From: Planctomycetia bacterium
GTDB lineage: Bacteria; Planctomycetota; Planctomycetia; Pirellulales; PNKZ01
DNA: 64,000 nucleotides
Direction: 5' to 3'
Assembly: GCA_021413845.1 (NCBI GenBank)
Contig: JAIOPP010000021.1
Location: forward strand, 75,975-139,974
How positions within the stretch are numbered: the first letter of the stretch is position 1; the number at the start of each line of letters is the position of its first letter. The translations under genes were made by a program, and so were the position numbers. Shown piece by piece: positions 9,346-20,915 of this stretch. The notes beneath the pieces are model-generated. The model worked only from the letters and a program-made list of their open reading frames with translations. It was not told the origin of the DNA and made no database searches.

Positions 9346-12045
9346 ATGGCATTCCGCTTCGACAAATTCACCATCAAGGCTCAAGAAGCCGTTCAGACTG
9401 CGCAGGAACTTGCGGCCGATCAGGGGAATCCGCAGATCGAGCCAGTGCATCTGTTGGCCGCGCTGACGCGCGAGACCGACGGCATCTTTTGGCCCATCAT
9501 CGAAAAGATCGGTGCCAACCGGCGGCAGCTCCAGTCGATCGTCGATGCGGAGCTGCGGCACTTTCCTAAGTCGACCGGCGGCTCCCCGCCGCAGCTTTCG
9601 CAAGCGATGACGCAAGTGCTCGAGGCGGCGCAGCGCGAAGCCGAGAAGATGAAAGACGAGTTCGTCTCCGTCGAGCATCTGCTCTTAGCGCTCGCCAAGG
9701 CCGACACCAAAGCGAAGCAGCTCCTCAAGGCCAACGCGATCGACGACCAGCAGATTCTCAAGGCGCTGCAAAGCGTCCGCGGGTCGCAACGCGTGCAAGA
9801 TCAGAATCCCGAAGCGAAGTTCCAAGCCTTGCAGAAATACGGCATCGACCTCGTCGACCGCGCTCGGCAAGGGAAGCTCGATCCCGTGATCGGCCGCGAC
9901 CAGGAGATTCGCCGCGTCATCCAAGTTCTCTCGCGGCGGACGAAGAACAACCCGGTCTTGATCGGCGAGCCGGGCGTCGGTAAGACGGCGATCGCCGAAG
10001 GCTTGGCGCTGCGCATCATTCAGGGAGACGTGCCGGAGTCGTTGAAGAACCGCTCGATCGTGACGCTCGACATGGGCGCGCTGATCGCCGGCACGAAGTT
10101 TCGCGGCGAGTTCGAAGAGCGGCTCAAAGCGGTTCTCAAGGAAGTGCAATCGGCCGACGGCAACATCATTCTCTTCATCGACGAGCTGCATACCGTCGTC
10201 GGTGCCGGAGCGGCCGAAGGAGGGAACGACGCGGCGAACCTGCTCAAGCCGGCCCTCGCGCGGGGTGAGCTTCGCTGCATCGGCGCTACCACGCTCGACG
10301 AGTACCGCAAATACATCGAAAAAGATGCCGCCCTCGAGCGCCGTTTTCAACCGGTGTTCGTCGGCGAGCCGAGCGTCGAGGATACGATCGCGATCCTCCG
10401 CGGCCTCAAGGGGCGCTACGAAGCGCATCATAAAGGGGTGAAGATCAAAGACTCGGCCCTCGTGGCCGCCGCGCAGCTTTCGCATCGCTACATCGCCGAC
10501 CGCTTCCTGCCGGACAAGGCGATCGACCTCGTCGACGAAGCGACCGCGCGCCTCGCGATGGAATTGCAAAGCGTGCCGACCGAGATCGACGAAGTGCAGC
10601 GCAAGCTCATGCAACTCGAACTCGCGGCTCGCCAACTCGCCGACGAAACGGAAGAGCACGCCCTCGAGCAAAAGGCCGACATCGAAGCGGAGATGATCGA
10701 GCTGCGCCGCAAGCTGGCGAGCCTCCGCGAGCAATGGGAAGCCGAGAAGCTCGGCGTCGGCGACGTGCAGAACGTCCGCCAGGAACTCGACAAAGTCGAA
10801 CTGCAATTCCAACAGCTCAGCAACGAACTCAAGGAAAAGCAATCGCTCGGCCAAGCGATCGACGAGCAGATGTATCAACGCTTGTACGAGCTCGACGTGC
10901 AGCGCAAGAAACTCACGGCGAAGTTCGAGCAGCCGACGACGGAAACGCCCACCCATAAAGACGGCGACGGCGCGAAGCACGCCGGCCGTAAGCTGCTGCG
11001 CCAAGAGGTCGGGCCGGAGGAGATCGCCGAAGTCGTCAGCGCATGGACCGGCATTCCGGTGACCCGCATGATGGAAGCCGAGAAAGCCAAGCTCTTGGTG
11101 CTCGAAGAGCGGCTGCATCAGCGCGTCGTCGGGCAAGACGAAGCGGTCGAGGCCGTGGCGAACGCCGTGCGCCGTAGTCGCTCCGGCTTGCAAGACCCGA
11201 ACCGGCCGATCGGCTCGTTCATCTTTCTCGGGCCCACCGGAGTCGGCAAGACCGAGCTGTGCAAAGCGCTCGCGCAAGTCCTGTTCGATAGCGAGCAAGC
11301 GATCGTCCGGATCGACATGAGCGAGTTTATGGAGAAGCATTCCGTCAGCCGGTTGATCGGCGCGCCGCCGGGCTACGTCGGCTACGAAGAAGGGGGCCGG
11401 CTGACCGAAGCGGTGCGCCGCAGGCCGTATTCCGTCGTGCTGCTGGACGAAATCGAGAAAGCGCATCGCGACGTGTTCAACGTGCTGCTGCAAGTCCTCG
11501 ACGACGGCCGGCTCACCGACGGCCAAGGACGCACCGTCGACTTCACGAACACGATCATCGTGATGACGTCGAACGTCGGCAGCCAAGCGATTCAAGAACT
11601 GACGCGCAGCGGCGCAAGCCAAGAAGAGATCCAAAGCGCCGTGCAAGAAGCGCTCGAAGAGAAGTTTCTGCCGGAGTTCCTCAACCGGATCGACGAGACG
11701 ATCGTGTTCCACCCGCTCGATCGGAAACACATTCATCGGATCGTCGAACTGCAGCTGCAAAGGTTGGAGAAGCAGGTCGAGCAAAACGATCTACACATCG
11801 AGATTACGCCGGCGGCGATCAACGCCGTCGCGGTCGAAGGCTACGACCCGATCTACGGCGCCAGGCCGCTCAAGCGGGTGATTCAACAGCGATTGCAGAA
11901 CCCGCTGGCAAGCGAGCTGCTGCGCGGCGAATACCCGCCGGGGAGCACGATCGGAATCGATTTCGTCGACGAGGAGTTCGTGTTTTCTCGTCTCGAAGCG
12001 AAAAAACCGGCCGCGCCGCCGCTGAAGCCGGCCACGGCCAAGTAA
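9346..12045 (+). CDS. clpB: ATP-dependent chaperone/disaggregase ClpB
   Basis: 899 aa. Clp N-domain, Walker A motifs GEPGVGKT and GPTGVGKT, and a long coiled-coil middle domain. RBS GAGGA lies before ATG 9346. Confidence 0.97.
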   Translation: MAFRFDKFTIKAQEAVQTAQELAADQGNPQIEPVHLLAALTRETDGIFWPIIEKIGANRRQLQSIVDAELRHFPKSTGGSPPQLSQAMTQVLEAAQREAEKMKDEFVSVEHLLLALAKADTKAKQLLKANAIDDQQILKALQSVRGSQRVQDQNPEAKFQALQKYGIDLVDRARQGKLDPVIGRDQEIRRVIQVLSRRTKNNPVLIGEPGVGKTAIAEGLALRIIQGDVPESLKNRSIVTLDMGALIAGTKFRGEFEERLKAVLKEVQSADGNIILFIDELHTVVGAGAAEGGNDAANLLKPALARGELRCIGATTLDEYRKYIEKDAALERRFQPVFVGEPSVEDTIAILRGLKGRYEAHHKGVKIKDSALVAAAQLSHRYIADRFLPDKAIDLVDEATARLAMELQSVPTEIDEVQRKLMQLELAARQLADETEEHALEQKADIEAEMIELRRKLASLREQWEAEKLGVGDVQNVRQELDKVELQFQQLSNELKEKQSLGQAIDEQMYQRLYELDVQRKKLTAKFEQPTTETPTHKDGDGAKHAGRKLLRQEVGPEEIAEVVSAWTGIPVTRMMEAEKAKLLVLEERLHQRVVGQDEAVEAVANAVRRSRSGLQDPNRPIGSFIFLGPTGVGKTELCKALAQVLFDSEQAIVRIDMSEFMEKHSVSRLIGAPPGYVGYEEGGRLTEAVRRRPYSVVLLDEIEKAHRDVFNVLLQVLDDGRLTDGQGRTVDFTNTIIVMTSNVGSQAIQELTRSGASQEEIQSAVQEALEEKFLPEFLNRIDETIVFHPLDRKHIHRIVELQLQRLEKQVEQNDLHIEITPAAINAVAVEGYDPIYGARPLKRVIQQRLQNPLASELLRGEYPPGSTIGIDFVDEEFVFSRLEAKKPAAPPLKPATAK

Positions 12046-12146
12046 CCGTCGATTCGTTCCCCCTCGCAACCTGCTGGCTCGAATCGAGGGCTTGGTATAA
12101 AATCGAGTATCTCCAGCCCTCGCCAGCCCGCCGCCACGGAATTCCC

Positions 12147-14495
12147 ATGAACCAACGCACTCGCCGGTCGTTCTTCGTACCCGCGGTTTTGCTCGCTCCC
12201 CTGGTTCTCGGCTGGGCGAGCTTCGCTTGCTTCGGAGCGGAAGAAAAGCCGGCCGAGAAGACGACGCCGCCGGTCGCCGCTCCGGCCGCGGCAGCCCCTC
12301 CGAGCGCCGAAGAGAAGCACGTGAAGGAGACGATTTCGTTCCTCGCCTCCGACGGACTCGAAGGGCGCGGGCCCGGCACGAAGGGGATCGATCAAGCCGC
12401 GGAGTTCATCGCCGCCGAATTCAAGAAGGCGGGATTGAAGACCGATCTGTTCGCCGGCCAACCGTACCAAGCGTTCTCGATGGGCATCGGCTCGGAGCTC
12501 GGCAAACGAAACTCACTCACGCTCGTCGGCCCGCCGGGACCGGACGGCAAGCCGCGCCGCATCGAACTCAAGCTCGGGCAAGACTATTCGCCCCTTTCGA
12601 TCGGCGGCTCGGGCAAGATCAACGTGCCGCTCGTATTCGTCGGCTATGGCATCACGGCGAAGCAAAGCTCGCAAGCGGCGCTGGATCCGCACGCCGATCC
12701 GCATGCCAACCCCCACGGCGATCCGCACGCGAAGCCGGCGGATCCGAAGACGCCTACTCCCAAGGGAACTGCCCCGAAGGCGCAGCCTGCTGCGGCGAAG
12801 GAACCTGCTAAGGAAAAGGAACCTGTGAAGGAGCCGGCTAAGGAGGCCGCGAAACCGCAAGCGGTGGTTGATCCGCATGCCGCGCCGGTGAAGGCGGGAG
12901 CGAAGCCGGAAGATGCGATCGTGTACGACGATTACGCCGGCATCGACGTGAAGGGGAAGTGCGTCGTCGTGTTTCGCCATCAGCCGCAGCAAGGGAACCC
13001 GCACGGCATCTTGCCCGGCATTCCGAACTCGCCGCACGCTCCGTTCACGCGCAAGATCTCGAACGCCTACGAACATGGTGCCGCGGCGGTCATCTTCGTG
13101 ACCTCGGACTACGACATCAACAACAAGCTCGAAGCCCGGCGGAAGCAGTGGCAAGAGGCGGTCGACGAAATCCTTGAAGAACAAAAGAAGTTTGCGGCGA
13201 TCAAGAAGCCGACGCCGGCCCAAACGGCCGAGTATCGCAAGACGATCGACGCCGCTGCGCAGCAAGTGCTCGACCAGAGCAAGAAGCTCGACGACGAGCG
13301 CGATCCGCTGCTCGAGTTCCGCAGCGCCGGCGGCTCGTCCGACGGCTCGCGCCTCCCCGCGATGCACGCCCGCCGCAAGGTTTGGGACACGCTGCTGACG
13401 GAGCTCAAGAAGCCTACTCTCGCCGGAATCGAGAAGCAGATCGACGAAGGGCCGAAGCCGCAAAGCTTCTCGCTCGAAGGGTGGAGCGTCGAAGGAGAGG
13501 TCGACGTCGAGCGCAAAGAAGCCGAAGTGAAGAACGTGGTCGGCGTGCTCGAAGGAGACGGCCCGCATGCCGACGAAACGGTCGTCATCGGCGCGCATTA
13601 CGACCATCTCGGCTTCGGAGGCGAAGGTTCGTTCGTGCCGACGGTGCGCGAAATCCACAACGGTGCCGACGACAACGCCTCGGGCACCACGGCCCTCTTG
13701 GAAGCGGCCCGCCTGCTCGGTTCGAGCGGCAAGAAGCCGGGCCGACGGATCGTATTCATCGCGTTCACGGCGGAAGAACGCGGCCTGATCGGCAGCGCTC
13801 GCTACTGCAAAGACCCGCTGTTTCCGCTGGAGAAGACGGTCGCGATGTTGAACATGGACATGGTCGGTCGCCTCACCGACGACAAGCTCATCATCCAAGG
13901 GGGGGACACGGCGAAGGAGTTCACGACGTTGCTCGACAAACTCAACGCCGACGAATTTCACTTCAAGCTCACGCACAATCCCGGCGGCTTCGGGCCGAGC
14001 GATCATGCCTCGTTCTATGCGAAGAAGGTGCCGGTGTTGCACTTCTTCACCGGCTTGCATAAGGACTATCACCGTCCGACCGACGACGCCGACAAGGTGA
14101 ACGCGGCGGGACTGATCCGCGTGGCGAAGATGGTGAGCGATACCGCGGCGACGATCGCCCAACTGCCGGAACGTCCGACGTATCAAGAATCGAAAGCCGG
14201 CGCATCCGGCGGCGGCGATCGAGGCGGCGACCGACCCTACTTCGGCAGCATCCCCGACTTCGCGCAAAGCGAGCCGGGCTACGGCATCAGCGGCGTCGCG
14301 AAGGGTAGCCCGTCGGAAAAGGCGGGGCTCAAGAGCGGCGACGTGATCATCAAGTTGGGGGAGAGCCGCGTCGGCAATCTCGACGACTTCGACTCCGCGC
14401 TCCGCAAGTTCAAAGCGGGCGATAAGGTTACGGTCGTCGTGAAGCGCGAGGGGAAGGAAGTCTCTCTGTCGGTGACGCTCGGCGCGCCGCGGTAG
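12147..14495 (+). CDS. Secreted M28-family aminopeptidase with PA-like insert and C-terminal PDZ domain
   Basis: 782 aa. Signal peptide, then M28 metal-ligand motifs ([44 protein letters not shown]). PDZ region [19 protein letters not shown]. Confidence 0.85.
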   Translation: MNQRTRRSFFVPAVLLAPLVLGWASFACFGAEEKPAEKTTPPVAAPAAAAPPSAEEKHVKETISFLASDGLEGRGPGTKGIDQAAEFIAAEFKKAGLKTDLFAGQPYQAFSMGIGSELGKRNSLTLVGPPGPDGKPRRIELKLGQDYSPLSIGGSGKINVPLVFVGYGITAKQSSQAALDPHADPHANPHGDPHAKPADPKTPTPKGTAPKAQPAAAKEPAKEKEPVKEPAKEAAKPQAVVDPHAAPVKAGAKPEDAIVYDDYAGIDVKGKCVVVFRHQPQQGNPHGILPGIPNSPHAPFTRKISNAYEHGAAAVIFVTSDYDINNKLEARRKQWQEAVDEILEEQKKFAAIKKPTPAQTAEYRKTIDAAAQQVLDQSKKLDDERDPLLEFRSAGGSSDGSRLPAMHARRKVWDTLLTELKKPTLAGIEKQIDEGPKPQSFSLEGWSVEGEVDVERKEAEVKNVVGVLEGDGPHADETVVIGAHYDHLGFGGEGSFVPTVREIHNGADDNASGTTALLEAARLLGSSGKKPGRRIVFIAFTAEERGLIGSARYCKDPLFPLEKTVAMLNMDMVGRLTDDKLIIQGGDTAKEFTTLLDKLNADEFHFKLTHNPGGFGPSDHASFYAKKVPVLHFFTGLHKDYHRPTDDADKVNAAGLIRVAKMVSDTAATIAQLPERPTYQESKAGASGGGDRGGDRPYFGSIPDFAQSEPGYGISGVAKGSPSEKAGLKSGDVIIKLGESRVGNLDDFDSALRKFKAGDKVTVVVKREGKEVSLSVTLGAPR

Positions 14496-14800
14496 CCCGT
14501 TCGGCCGGTGCGACGAGCGCATATCGAACGCGAAATCGCGCAAAAAACAACGCCTTCGGCGATCGCTGCCGGCGGCTTGAAACGGCCTATTTTACGGGCT
14601 GCGGAGCGTTTTCTTGCGCCTCGATATTCTGACCTTTACCGCTCTGGCCGATTGCGTCACAATCCCGCCTCCACGACCTAGCGCTCGGGCTGCCTGCGAG
14701 GCATGCTCTGATCGGAGCGGCGTTCCCCCACCGGAGCGTGACACGGTCGTGAATGTTGAGTAACGGAAGACTCGACCCAAGCAAGGAGTGCTCTCGCGTG

Positions 14801-15442
14801 ATGAAAACGATTTTCTCGGCATTGTTGGCGACGATTGTTCTATCGATGGCCGCCCCTGCGTTCGCGCAGCAACCGGCTCAACCTCACCCGCAAGTGATCT
14901 CGCCGATCGCCATTCTCGATCTGCCGTACTTGTTCCGCAATCACAACCGTTTCAAGCAAATGGACGAAGTCCTAAAGCAAGAAATCGGCGGTGCCGAAGG
15001 GACCTTCATGACCGAACAAAAGGCCATGAAGGAAATGGTCACCCGTCTGCAAGAGCTCAAGCAAGGGACCCCGGAATACAAGCAGCTTGAGGAAGAGCTC
15101 GCCAAGCGCGACGCCGATATGTCGCTCCGCATCAACATCATGAAGAAGAACTTCGCCGAGAAGAAGGCGAAGAACTACTTCGACGTCTACCAAGAAGTGA
15201 TGCGCTACGTCGGCTACCACGCCCAGAACAACGGCGTCGTACTCGTGATCAACTTCAACGGCGATCCGGTCGACGGCAGCAATCCGCAATCGGTCATCCA
15301 AGGCCTCAACAGCACGGTGCTCTACAAGCACCCGGGCGTCGACATCACGCCGATCGTGCTCGAAATGTGCAACCGCGGCTTGCAGATTCCGGAAACGGCT
15401 CAGAACCCGGCCGCGAATCCCGCGTTCCCGGTTCAGCGCTAA
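14801..15442 (+). CDS. OmpH/Skp-like periplasmic chaperone
   Basis: I moved the start to ATG 14801 (MKTIFSALLATIVLSMAAPAFAQQ signal peptide). About 210 aa, coiled-coil rich (KQEIGG...LQELKQ...EEELAKRD). It lies upstream of lpxC, a typical envelope-biogenesis neighbourhood. Confidence 0.6.
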   Translation: MKTIFSALLATIVLSMAAPAFAQQPAQPHPQVISPIAILDLPYLFRNHNRFKQMDEVLKQEIGGAEGTFMTEQKAMKEMVTRLQELKQGTPEYKQLEEELAKRDADMSLRINIMKKNFAEKKAKNYFDVYQEVMRYVGYHAQNNGVVLVINFNGDPVDGSNPQSVIQGLNSTVLYKHPGVDITPIVLEMCNRGLQIPETAQNPAANPAFPVQR

Positions 15443-15575
15443 GAACGGTTCGTTCGTCCTCCGTTGCGACCCTCACGCATCGAGTGCGCAGTCGTTCGCG
15501 AAACATGCGAACGACTGCGTCCGATCCGAGGGTGCGCGGCGAAACCTTTCTTCCCGCTAGGCCACCGGTATTCCG

Positions 15576-16448
15576 ATGTACGCACCACGACAACAGCGCA
15601 CGATCGCCCGATCGGCCGTCGTCGCCGGTTACGGTTATTGGAGCGGTCGCGACGTTCAAGTCGAATTTCGCCCCGCCCCGCCCGACACCGGCGTCACGTT
15701 CGTTCGCCGCGACTTAACGCCCGCCGTCCGCATTCGGGCCGCGGTCGACCACAGCATCGACGCCCCTCGTCGCACCGTTCTGCGGAGCGGCGGCGCGGAA
15801 GTCGAGATGGTCGAACACATCCTCGCGGCCTTGTTCGGCTTGCATGTCGACAATTGCGAAGTTTGGGTCGATGCACCGGAAATGCCCGGCTGCGACGGCT
15901 CGAGCCAAGCCTTCGTCGACGCGCTCACCACGGCCGGCATCGAAACGCAGCCCGCGATGCGCCGCGCCCTCGTGGTGCGCGAAGTGACGCGCCTGGGCGA
16001 CAAGAACGTCTGGATCGAAGCTCGGCCGAACCCCGCGAACGGCCTTTCGGTCAAGTTTCATCTCGACTACGGGCCGGGCAATTGCGTCGGCGAGCAAACG
16101 TTGTCGCTACCGATTACGGTCGATTCGTTTCGTCGCGAGTTGGCTTCGAGCCGCACGTTTTTACTAAAGAGCGAAGCCGATTGGCTGCTCTCGCAAGGGC
16201 TCGGCACGCATGTGACCCCGAAGGATTTATTGATCTTCGACGCCGACGGCCCGATCGACAACGAGTTGCGCTATCGCGACGAATGCGTGCGACATAAAGC
16301 GCTCGACTTGGTCGGCGATCTGGCTCTGGCCGGATGCGATCTCATCGGACACTTCGTCGCCTATCGCAGCGGCCATCGCTTGAACGCCGATCTCGTTCGC
16401 TCGCTGCTGAGCGAAGCGGCTCCGTCGGAGATTCGCCGCAGCGCTTAG
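15576..16448 (+). CDS. lpxC: UDP-3-O-acyl-N-acetylglucosamine deacetylase
   Basis: 290 aa. VEHILAALFGLHVDN and HKALDLVGDLAL motifs match the LpxC zinc/active-site regions. Confidence 0.9.
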   Translation: MYAPRQQRTIARSAVVAGYGYWSGRDVQVEFRPAPPDTGVTFVRRDLTPAVRIRAAVDHSIDAPRRTVLRSGGAEVEMVEHILAALFGLHVDNCEVWVDAPEMPGCDGSSQAFVDALTTAGIETQPAMRRALVVREVTRLGDKNVWIEARPNPANGLSVKFHLDYGPGNCVGEQTLSLPITVDSFRRELASSRTFLLKSEADWLLSQGLGTHVTPKDLLIFDADGPIDNELRYRDECVRHKALDLVGDLALAGCDLIGHFVAYRSGHRLNADLVRSLLSEAAPSEIRRSA

Positions 16449-16495
16449 CGATGAGCGCCTAGAACAGAGCCTGTACGGATTCGGAGAGTAGCATT

Positions 16496-17587
16496 ATGAA
16501 AAAGATTCGCACGGCCGTCGTCGGTGCCGGACATCTCGGCCGCATTCACGCCCGGATCCTTAAGACACTGGGCGACTTCGAGCTCGTCGCCGTGATCGAT
16601 CCGGTCGAAGCGGCTCGCAACATGGTAGCCGAACAGTTCGGCGTCGCGGTCGACGACGATCATCGCCGCTGGCTCGATCGGGTCGACGCCGTCATCGTCG
16701 CCGCGCCGACGAAATTCCATCACGCAGTCACTCGCGATTTTCTCGAAGCGGGCATCCCGGCATTCGTCGAGAAGCCGATTTGCTCCTCGATCGAAGAAGC
16801 GGAAGAGCTCGTCGAGTGTGCGATGCTCCGTCGCCTGGCGTTGCAGGTCGGGCATGTCGAACGCTTCAATCCGGCTTGGAATGCGGTTCGGCCGCACCTC
16901 AACGCTCCCACGTACATCGAATGCGTCCGCGAAGGGGTGTTCAGCTTTCGCTCGACCGACGTCGGGGTCGTGCTCGATCTAATGATCCACGATATCGACC
17001 TCGTGCTCGACTTGGTGAAGTCGCGCGTCGTCGACGTCGAAGCTTGCGGCACGGCACTCCTCGGCTCGCGGGAAGACGTGGCCCATGCGCGCATCCGCTT
17101 CGAAAACGGCTGCATTGCCGTGCTGAACGCATCGCGGGTCAGTCATGTCGCCACGCGACAAATGAAAGTTCGCACCGCCGACACCATGGCGACCATCGAC
17201 TTCAACAGCCGCACCGCTACGATGACGCGCATCCACGAGAGCCTGCTACGGGGCGATCTGGACGTCGAACGGCTCTCGCATGCAGAAAAGCTGCAAGTAA
17301 AGGAAGTCTTGCTCACGACGTTGCTCAAGCAAGAGACGCTCGAAGCGGCCCCGCGCGATGCCATCGCCGCGGAACTGCAGGACTTCAGCGAAGCGATTCG
17401 GACGGGCCGCCGCCCGACCGTGTCCGGCATCGACGGCTTGGAAGCGCTGCGAGTCGCGACGAAGGTCGTCGCTGCGATCCAAGGCCCGCAAGAAATGCCG
17501 ACGCGCGAGACGAAGCCGAAGATCCTTACCGGCCCGCACTGGCACCTGCGCAGCAACGCGACGATGCCGCGGCGCGAAGCGGGCTAG
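16496..17587 (+). CDS. Gfo/Idh/MocA-family NAD(P)-dependent oxidoreductase
   Basis: 363 aa. N-terminal Rossmann motif VVGAGHLGRIHA and an EKP motif (FVEKPICSS). Confidence 0.8.
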   Translation: MKKIRTAVVGAGHLGRIHARILKTLGDFELVAVIDPVEAARNMVAEQFGVAVDDDHRRWLDRVDAVIVAAPTKFHHAVTRDFLEAGIPAFVEKPICSSIEEAEELVECAMLRRLALQVGHVERFNPAWNAVRPHLNAPTYIECVREGVFSFRSTDVGVVLDLMIHDIDLVLDLVKSRVVDVEACGTALLGSREDVAHARIRFENGCIAVLNASRVSHVATRQMKVRTADTMATIDFNSRTATMTRIHESLLRGDLDVERLSHAEKLQVKEVLLTTLLKQETLEAAPRDAIAAELQDFSEAIRTGRRPTVSGIDGLEALRVATKVVAAIQGPQEMPTRETKPKILTGPHWHLRSNATMPRREAG

Positions 17588-17605
17588 GGTTCTTTCGACG
17601 CACGG

Positions 17606-18553
17606 CTACGCTAAGTCGCGGTCTTCGAACATCAGCAGCGACACTAAGAGCATGATGCCGGTGTAGAGGGCGCAGTAGAGCGTGGCCCAACCGAGATACG
17701 TGCCCCATTGCGCCACGGTGAGCACGGAGTCGCGGCCGGAGGCGATCGCGGCCTGAATGTTGAAGTGCTCGAGCACCGGCAGCAGCGTCGACAGAAATTG
17801 GCCGACGAACGCCACGATCGGCAGCTTCCCGATCGACGATTGCACCAACAGCGGTGTCATGTGGCCGACGACGTAGATCGTCGCGCAGATCAGCATGTTC
17901 GGGACCATCGCCAGGCGCGTGCTGATGGCGACGCTGATCGCCGTCATGACGATCGTTTCCAAGAAGCAGAGAAAGAGCGCCGGCGCGGTTTGAATCATCT
18001 CCGCTTGGCAGGCCATCCAGGCGGGGTCGGGCAACGAATTCTCGCGGGCCTCGAACTTCACCTTGTAGCTCGTCATCGCGAGAAAGAACGCTCCCATGAT
18101 GATGTAATAGATCACGACCGGCATCAGCACGCCGAGCATCTTGCCGACGACGAACTCGCGCCGGCCGATCGGCTTCGAGAGGACCGTGAGCGCCGTACGA
18201 CCGTCGACTTCTTCCGAAATCGAAACCGCGGCCGACGAGACCGCCAGAATGATCGAGAGGACCAGGATCATCATGAGCCCGGTGTCTTTCATCATCTTCA
18301 AGTCGTCGCCGAACGTGCTATAGGGCAAGAAGGCGGAGAAGCCGACGAGGAGAATTCCGAAGAAGATCACGGCGAAGAACAAGCTTTGCGAGACGCACTC
18401 TTTCGCCGTCGTGCGCACGACCGCTTCCACGCGCGGAAACAGCACGTACAGCAGGCGCCGGAAGCTCCACAACAGCGCAAGCTGCACCAACACGCCGGCG
18501 ACGACGATCCACAGCGGGACGATCCAGTTGTACCAAACGCCGAACAAGATCAT
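17606..18553 (-). CDS. ABC-2-type transporter permease-like polytopic membrane protein
   Basis: 315 aa with at least 6 hydrophobic segments. ISEEVDGRTALTVLSKPIGRREFVVGK resembles the conserved loop of ABC-2/NosY-type permeases. No ATPase partner is adjacent. Confidence 0.6.
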   Translation of the reverse strand: MILFGVWYNWIVPLWIVVAGVLVQLALLWSFRRLLYVLFPRVEAVVRTTAKECVSQSLFFAVIFFGILLVGFSAFLPYSTFGDDLKMMKDTGLMMILVLSIILAVSSAAVSISEEVDGRTALTVLSKPIGRREFVVGKMLGVLMPVVIYYIIMGAFFLAMTSYKVKFEARENSLPDPAWMACQAEMIQTAPALFLCFLETIVMTAISVAISTRLAMVPNMLICATIYVVGHMTPLLVQSSIGKLPIVAFVGQFLSTLLPVLEHFNIQAAIASGRDSVLTVAQWGTYLGWATLYCALYTGIMLLVSLLMFEDRDLA

Positions 18554-18614
18554 GGTTCTTAGTCTCGGTTGTGTTTATCCGCCCAGTGCCATCGAAAACC
18601 AGCGCCATCGAAAA

Positions 18615-18917
18615 CTAGTGCTTGATCGAAAAGTCGGGGAATTCCGCCGCGGCGGCGACCGGCTCTTCGATGTCGATCGCGGTGATGTTGCGCTTCATCG
18701 TCTCGCCGAGCGCACAACAAAACCGCTCGACTTCGTCGGCCGCTCCTTCGGCAACCATCAGGACGCGGCCGTCGTCCAAGTTTTGCACGAAGCCGGTCAC
18801 GCGAAAGCGGGCCGCCGTCTCGTGGGCCGTGAAGCGAAAGCCGACCCCTTGCACTCGGCCCGTGTAGCGAACCGTTTGCCGAATGGCTTCATTCGCGGTC
18901 GTTCTGTGTTCCGTCAT
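18615..18917 (-). CDS. acyP: Acylphosphatase
   Basis: 100 aa. GRVQGVGFRFTA ... GFVQNLDDGRV ... EG motifs. Confidence 0.88.
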   Translation of the reverse strand: MTEHRTTANEAIRQTVRYTGRVQGVGFRFTAHETAARFRVTGFVQNLDDGRVLMVAEGAADEVERFCCALGETMKRNITAIDIEEPVAAAAEFPDFSIKH

Positions 18918-19071
18918 CCTAGCGTCCTTACGTCGCGGCTCCGGACTGGTTGTCCGTTCTTTCGCAATCTATCCCCTGCGGTCGGTCGTAGACCAGGGGC
19001 GGCGCAGGGTTCTAACCGAACACTAACAAAACGGCCGGGGCAACCACGCTCCGCTCGCCATTTCCGCCGGT

Positions 19072-19347
19072 TTAATTCAGCACGACTTCTTCGAGCAGGC
19101 AGATCGCCGTCAGTTCGGCTCGCACGACCCACACTCGCTCTCGATTCACCGCCACGCCATGCTCGCGGCAGCGCACGATATATTGCTCGCGCGTCATGGT
19201 CGGCGTATCGCGTAGGTCGTGCGCATCGGCCTGGCGCAACACGACGAACTCGCCGTCGGCCGATTCCAGGTCGCCGATGTAGATGAACGACGTCTTCAGA
19301 TCGAGCACGACGGTCCGGCCGGATAAGGTTTCGATGCCGCTCGTCAT
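19072..19347 (-). CDS. Hypothetical small protein with Sm/LSm-like sequence pattern
   Basis: 91 aa. GRTVVLDLKTSFIYIGDLESADGEFVVLRQA resembles an Sm1 motif (G-x-V-x-V-x-LK...G-x-L...D...V-L). Inference only. Confidence 0.5.
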   Translation of the reverse strand: MTSGIETLSGRTVVLDLKTSFIYIGDLESADGEFVVLRQADAHDLRDTPTMTREQYIVRCREHGVAVNRERVWVVRAELTAICLLEEVVLN

Positions 19348-19553
19348 GACGATGTTTTAACCTGCACGAAGAAACGGAAAAGTCGAAGCCTAGGCCATCG
19401 CGAAAGCAACCGGCCGGGGATGCCGGCAGCCCCTTGCTACCTTAAGTTCTCGACACCTTCGCGACAACCGGCAGTCGGTCGAAGTAGCTTTGCGCAAGTT
19501 CGATTATGCGCCGATCTTGACCGCCCTGGACGTTTCTTCTACCGTCCCGCTCT

Positions 19554-20741
19554 ATGCCGCAAATTAGTTCACTTCTTCGGATCAGCCTCATCGCCGCGAC
19601 GTTGGCCGGCTCGGTGGCGCACGCGCAATCGGGCCCTCCGACGGCGGCCGCCAACCCGATGATGGGAACGGTCGACGGCCTGCTGCTGCTGAAGAACGGC
19701 GAGACGCTCGAAGGGCGGATCTCGCGCTCGGGCGACTATTACCTGCTCATCACGCCGACCGCGGAAATCCAAGTTCGCATTCGGGAAGTGGAAGCGGTTT
19801 GTCGCGACCTCGAAGAAGTGTTCGCCAAGAAACTGTCGCTCGTCAACGCCCGGAGCGCCGACTCTTATCTCGCACTCGCGCAGTGGTGCATCGATCGAGG
19901 ATTGTACGGCCATGCGGCCCGCGCCCTTACCGACGCGATCCGCCTCGACGATCTTCATCCGCGCATCGCGCTGCTCGAGCGCCGAATGCAGGCCGCGATG
20001 TCGACGCCGCGCGCCGTGCCCACGCCGCCGAAGCCCGTTGCGCCGGCGTTCAACGACGAAGAACTCGATCGTGCGGCGAAAAGTATCGGCGCGGAGTCGC
20101 TGCATGAATTCACGGTTCGTGTGCAACCGCTGTTGATGAACTACTGTGCGACCGCGGGCTGCCACGGCCCACGCCCCGCGTCGACGTTTCACTTGGAACG
20201 AGCTTACCTCAACGAACGAACCGACCCGCGGACGGTGCGGGCGAACTTGCACGCGACGTTGAAACAAATCGATCGAGCGCAACCGAACAAGAGCCCGCTG
20301 CTGAATGTTCCGCTGACGGCGCACGGCGGGTCGAAGAAGCCGATCTTCAACGCACACAACGCAGAACATTTCCGGTCGCTGGCCGGCTGGGCGGCGCGTC
20401 TGCCGACGCAACGCAACGGGGTTCCCGTGCCGACGTCGGCCGATGTCGTGAGCGCGACGAATACCCTGCAACAACGGCTACCGATCGCGCCGCCGTCGAC
20501 TCCGGCCACGACTGCTTCGGCCATGGATTCATCGGACCCGGCGAAGCTCAAAACGGCCGTGACGTTGGATGCCGCCGGAGCCGCGATTCCGCTGCCGATC
20601 GGGCCTTCGCCGGCGCCTACGACAAGCAGCTCGCCGACGAATGGACCAGCTACCAATGGGCCGCCGGCCAATTCGCCGGCCGGGATCGATCCGTTCGATC
20701 CCGACTTATTCAATCGGCGTCGCGAAGCGGAAAAGAAGTAG
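19554..20741 (+). CDS. Secreted hypothetical protein with PSCyt1-like (planctomycete cytochrome-C-like) segment
   Basis: 395 aa. Signal peptide (LIAATLAGSVAHAQ). VQPLLMNYCATAGCHGP resembles the PSCyt motif but with C-x4-CH spacing. Pro/Ala/Thr-rich C-terminus. Confidence 0.6.
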   Translation: MPQISSLLRISLIAATLAGSVAHAQSGPPTAAANPMMGTVDGLLLLKNGETLEGRISRSGDYYLLITPTAEIQVRIREVEAVCRDLEEVFAKKLSLVNARSADSYLALAQWCIDRGLYGHAARALTDAIRLDDLHPRIALLERRMQAAMSTPRAVPTPPKPVAPAFNDEELDRAAKSIGAESLHEFTVRVQPLLMNYCATAGCHGPRPASTFHLERAYLNERTDPRTVRANLHATLKQIDRAQPNKSPLLNVPLTAHGGSKKPIFNAHNAEHFRSLAGWAARLPTQRNGVPVPTSADVVSATNTLQQRLPIAPPSTPATTASAMDSSDPAKLKTAVTLDAAGAAIPLPIGPSPAPTTSSSPTNGPATNGPPANSPAGIDPFDPDLFNRRREAEKK

Positions 20742-20915
20742 CCGGCGGGGACCTTCGTCGACTTCGGCACCGTGCGGTCGGCCGCCGTCAGGCTATCCAG
20801 TGCGGCGAGCGTTCGCTAAGGTCTGAGAACTACGCGGCGAACCTCTCTGCAGTGAACTTCTCTGCGGCAGCCGAACGGGCGAACGACGCGGAACCACGTT
20901 TTCCGAGAACTTACG

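Noticed and set aside
12049-12087. 8-bp inverted repeat TCGATTCG/CGAATCGA after the clpB stop as a possible terminator.
   Set aside because: It has a 23-nt loop, competing alternative pairings (CCCTCG/CGAGGG) and no following T-run. This is not convincing as an intrinsic terminator.
20742-20915. Looked for a yybP-ykoY (Mn2+) riboswitch in the leader of the TerC-family gene, a common association.
   Set aside because: Neither conserved core (GGGGAGUAG ... UUGACA ... GAGACC-type elements) is present in the 174-nt leader on the plus strand.
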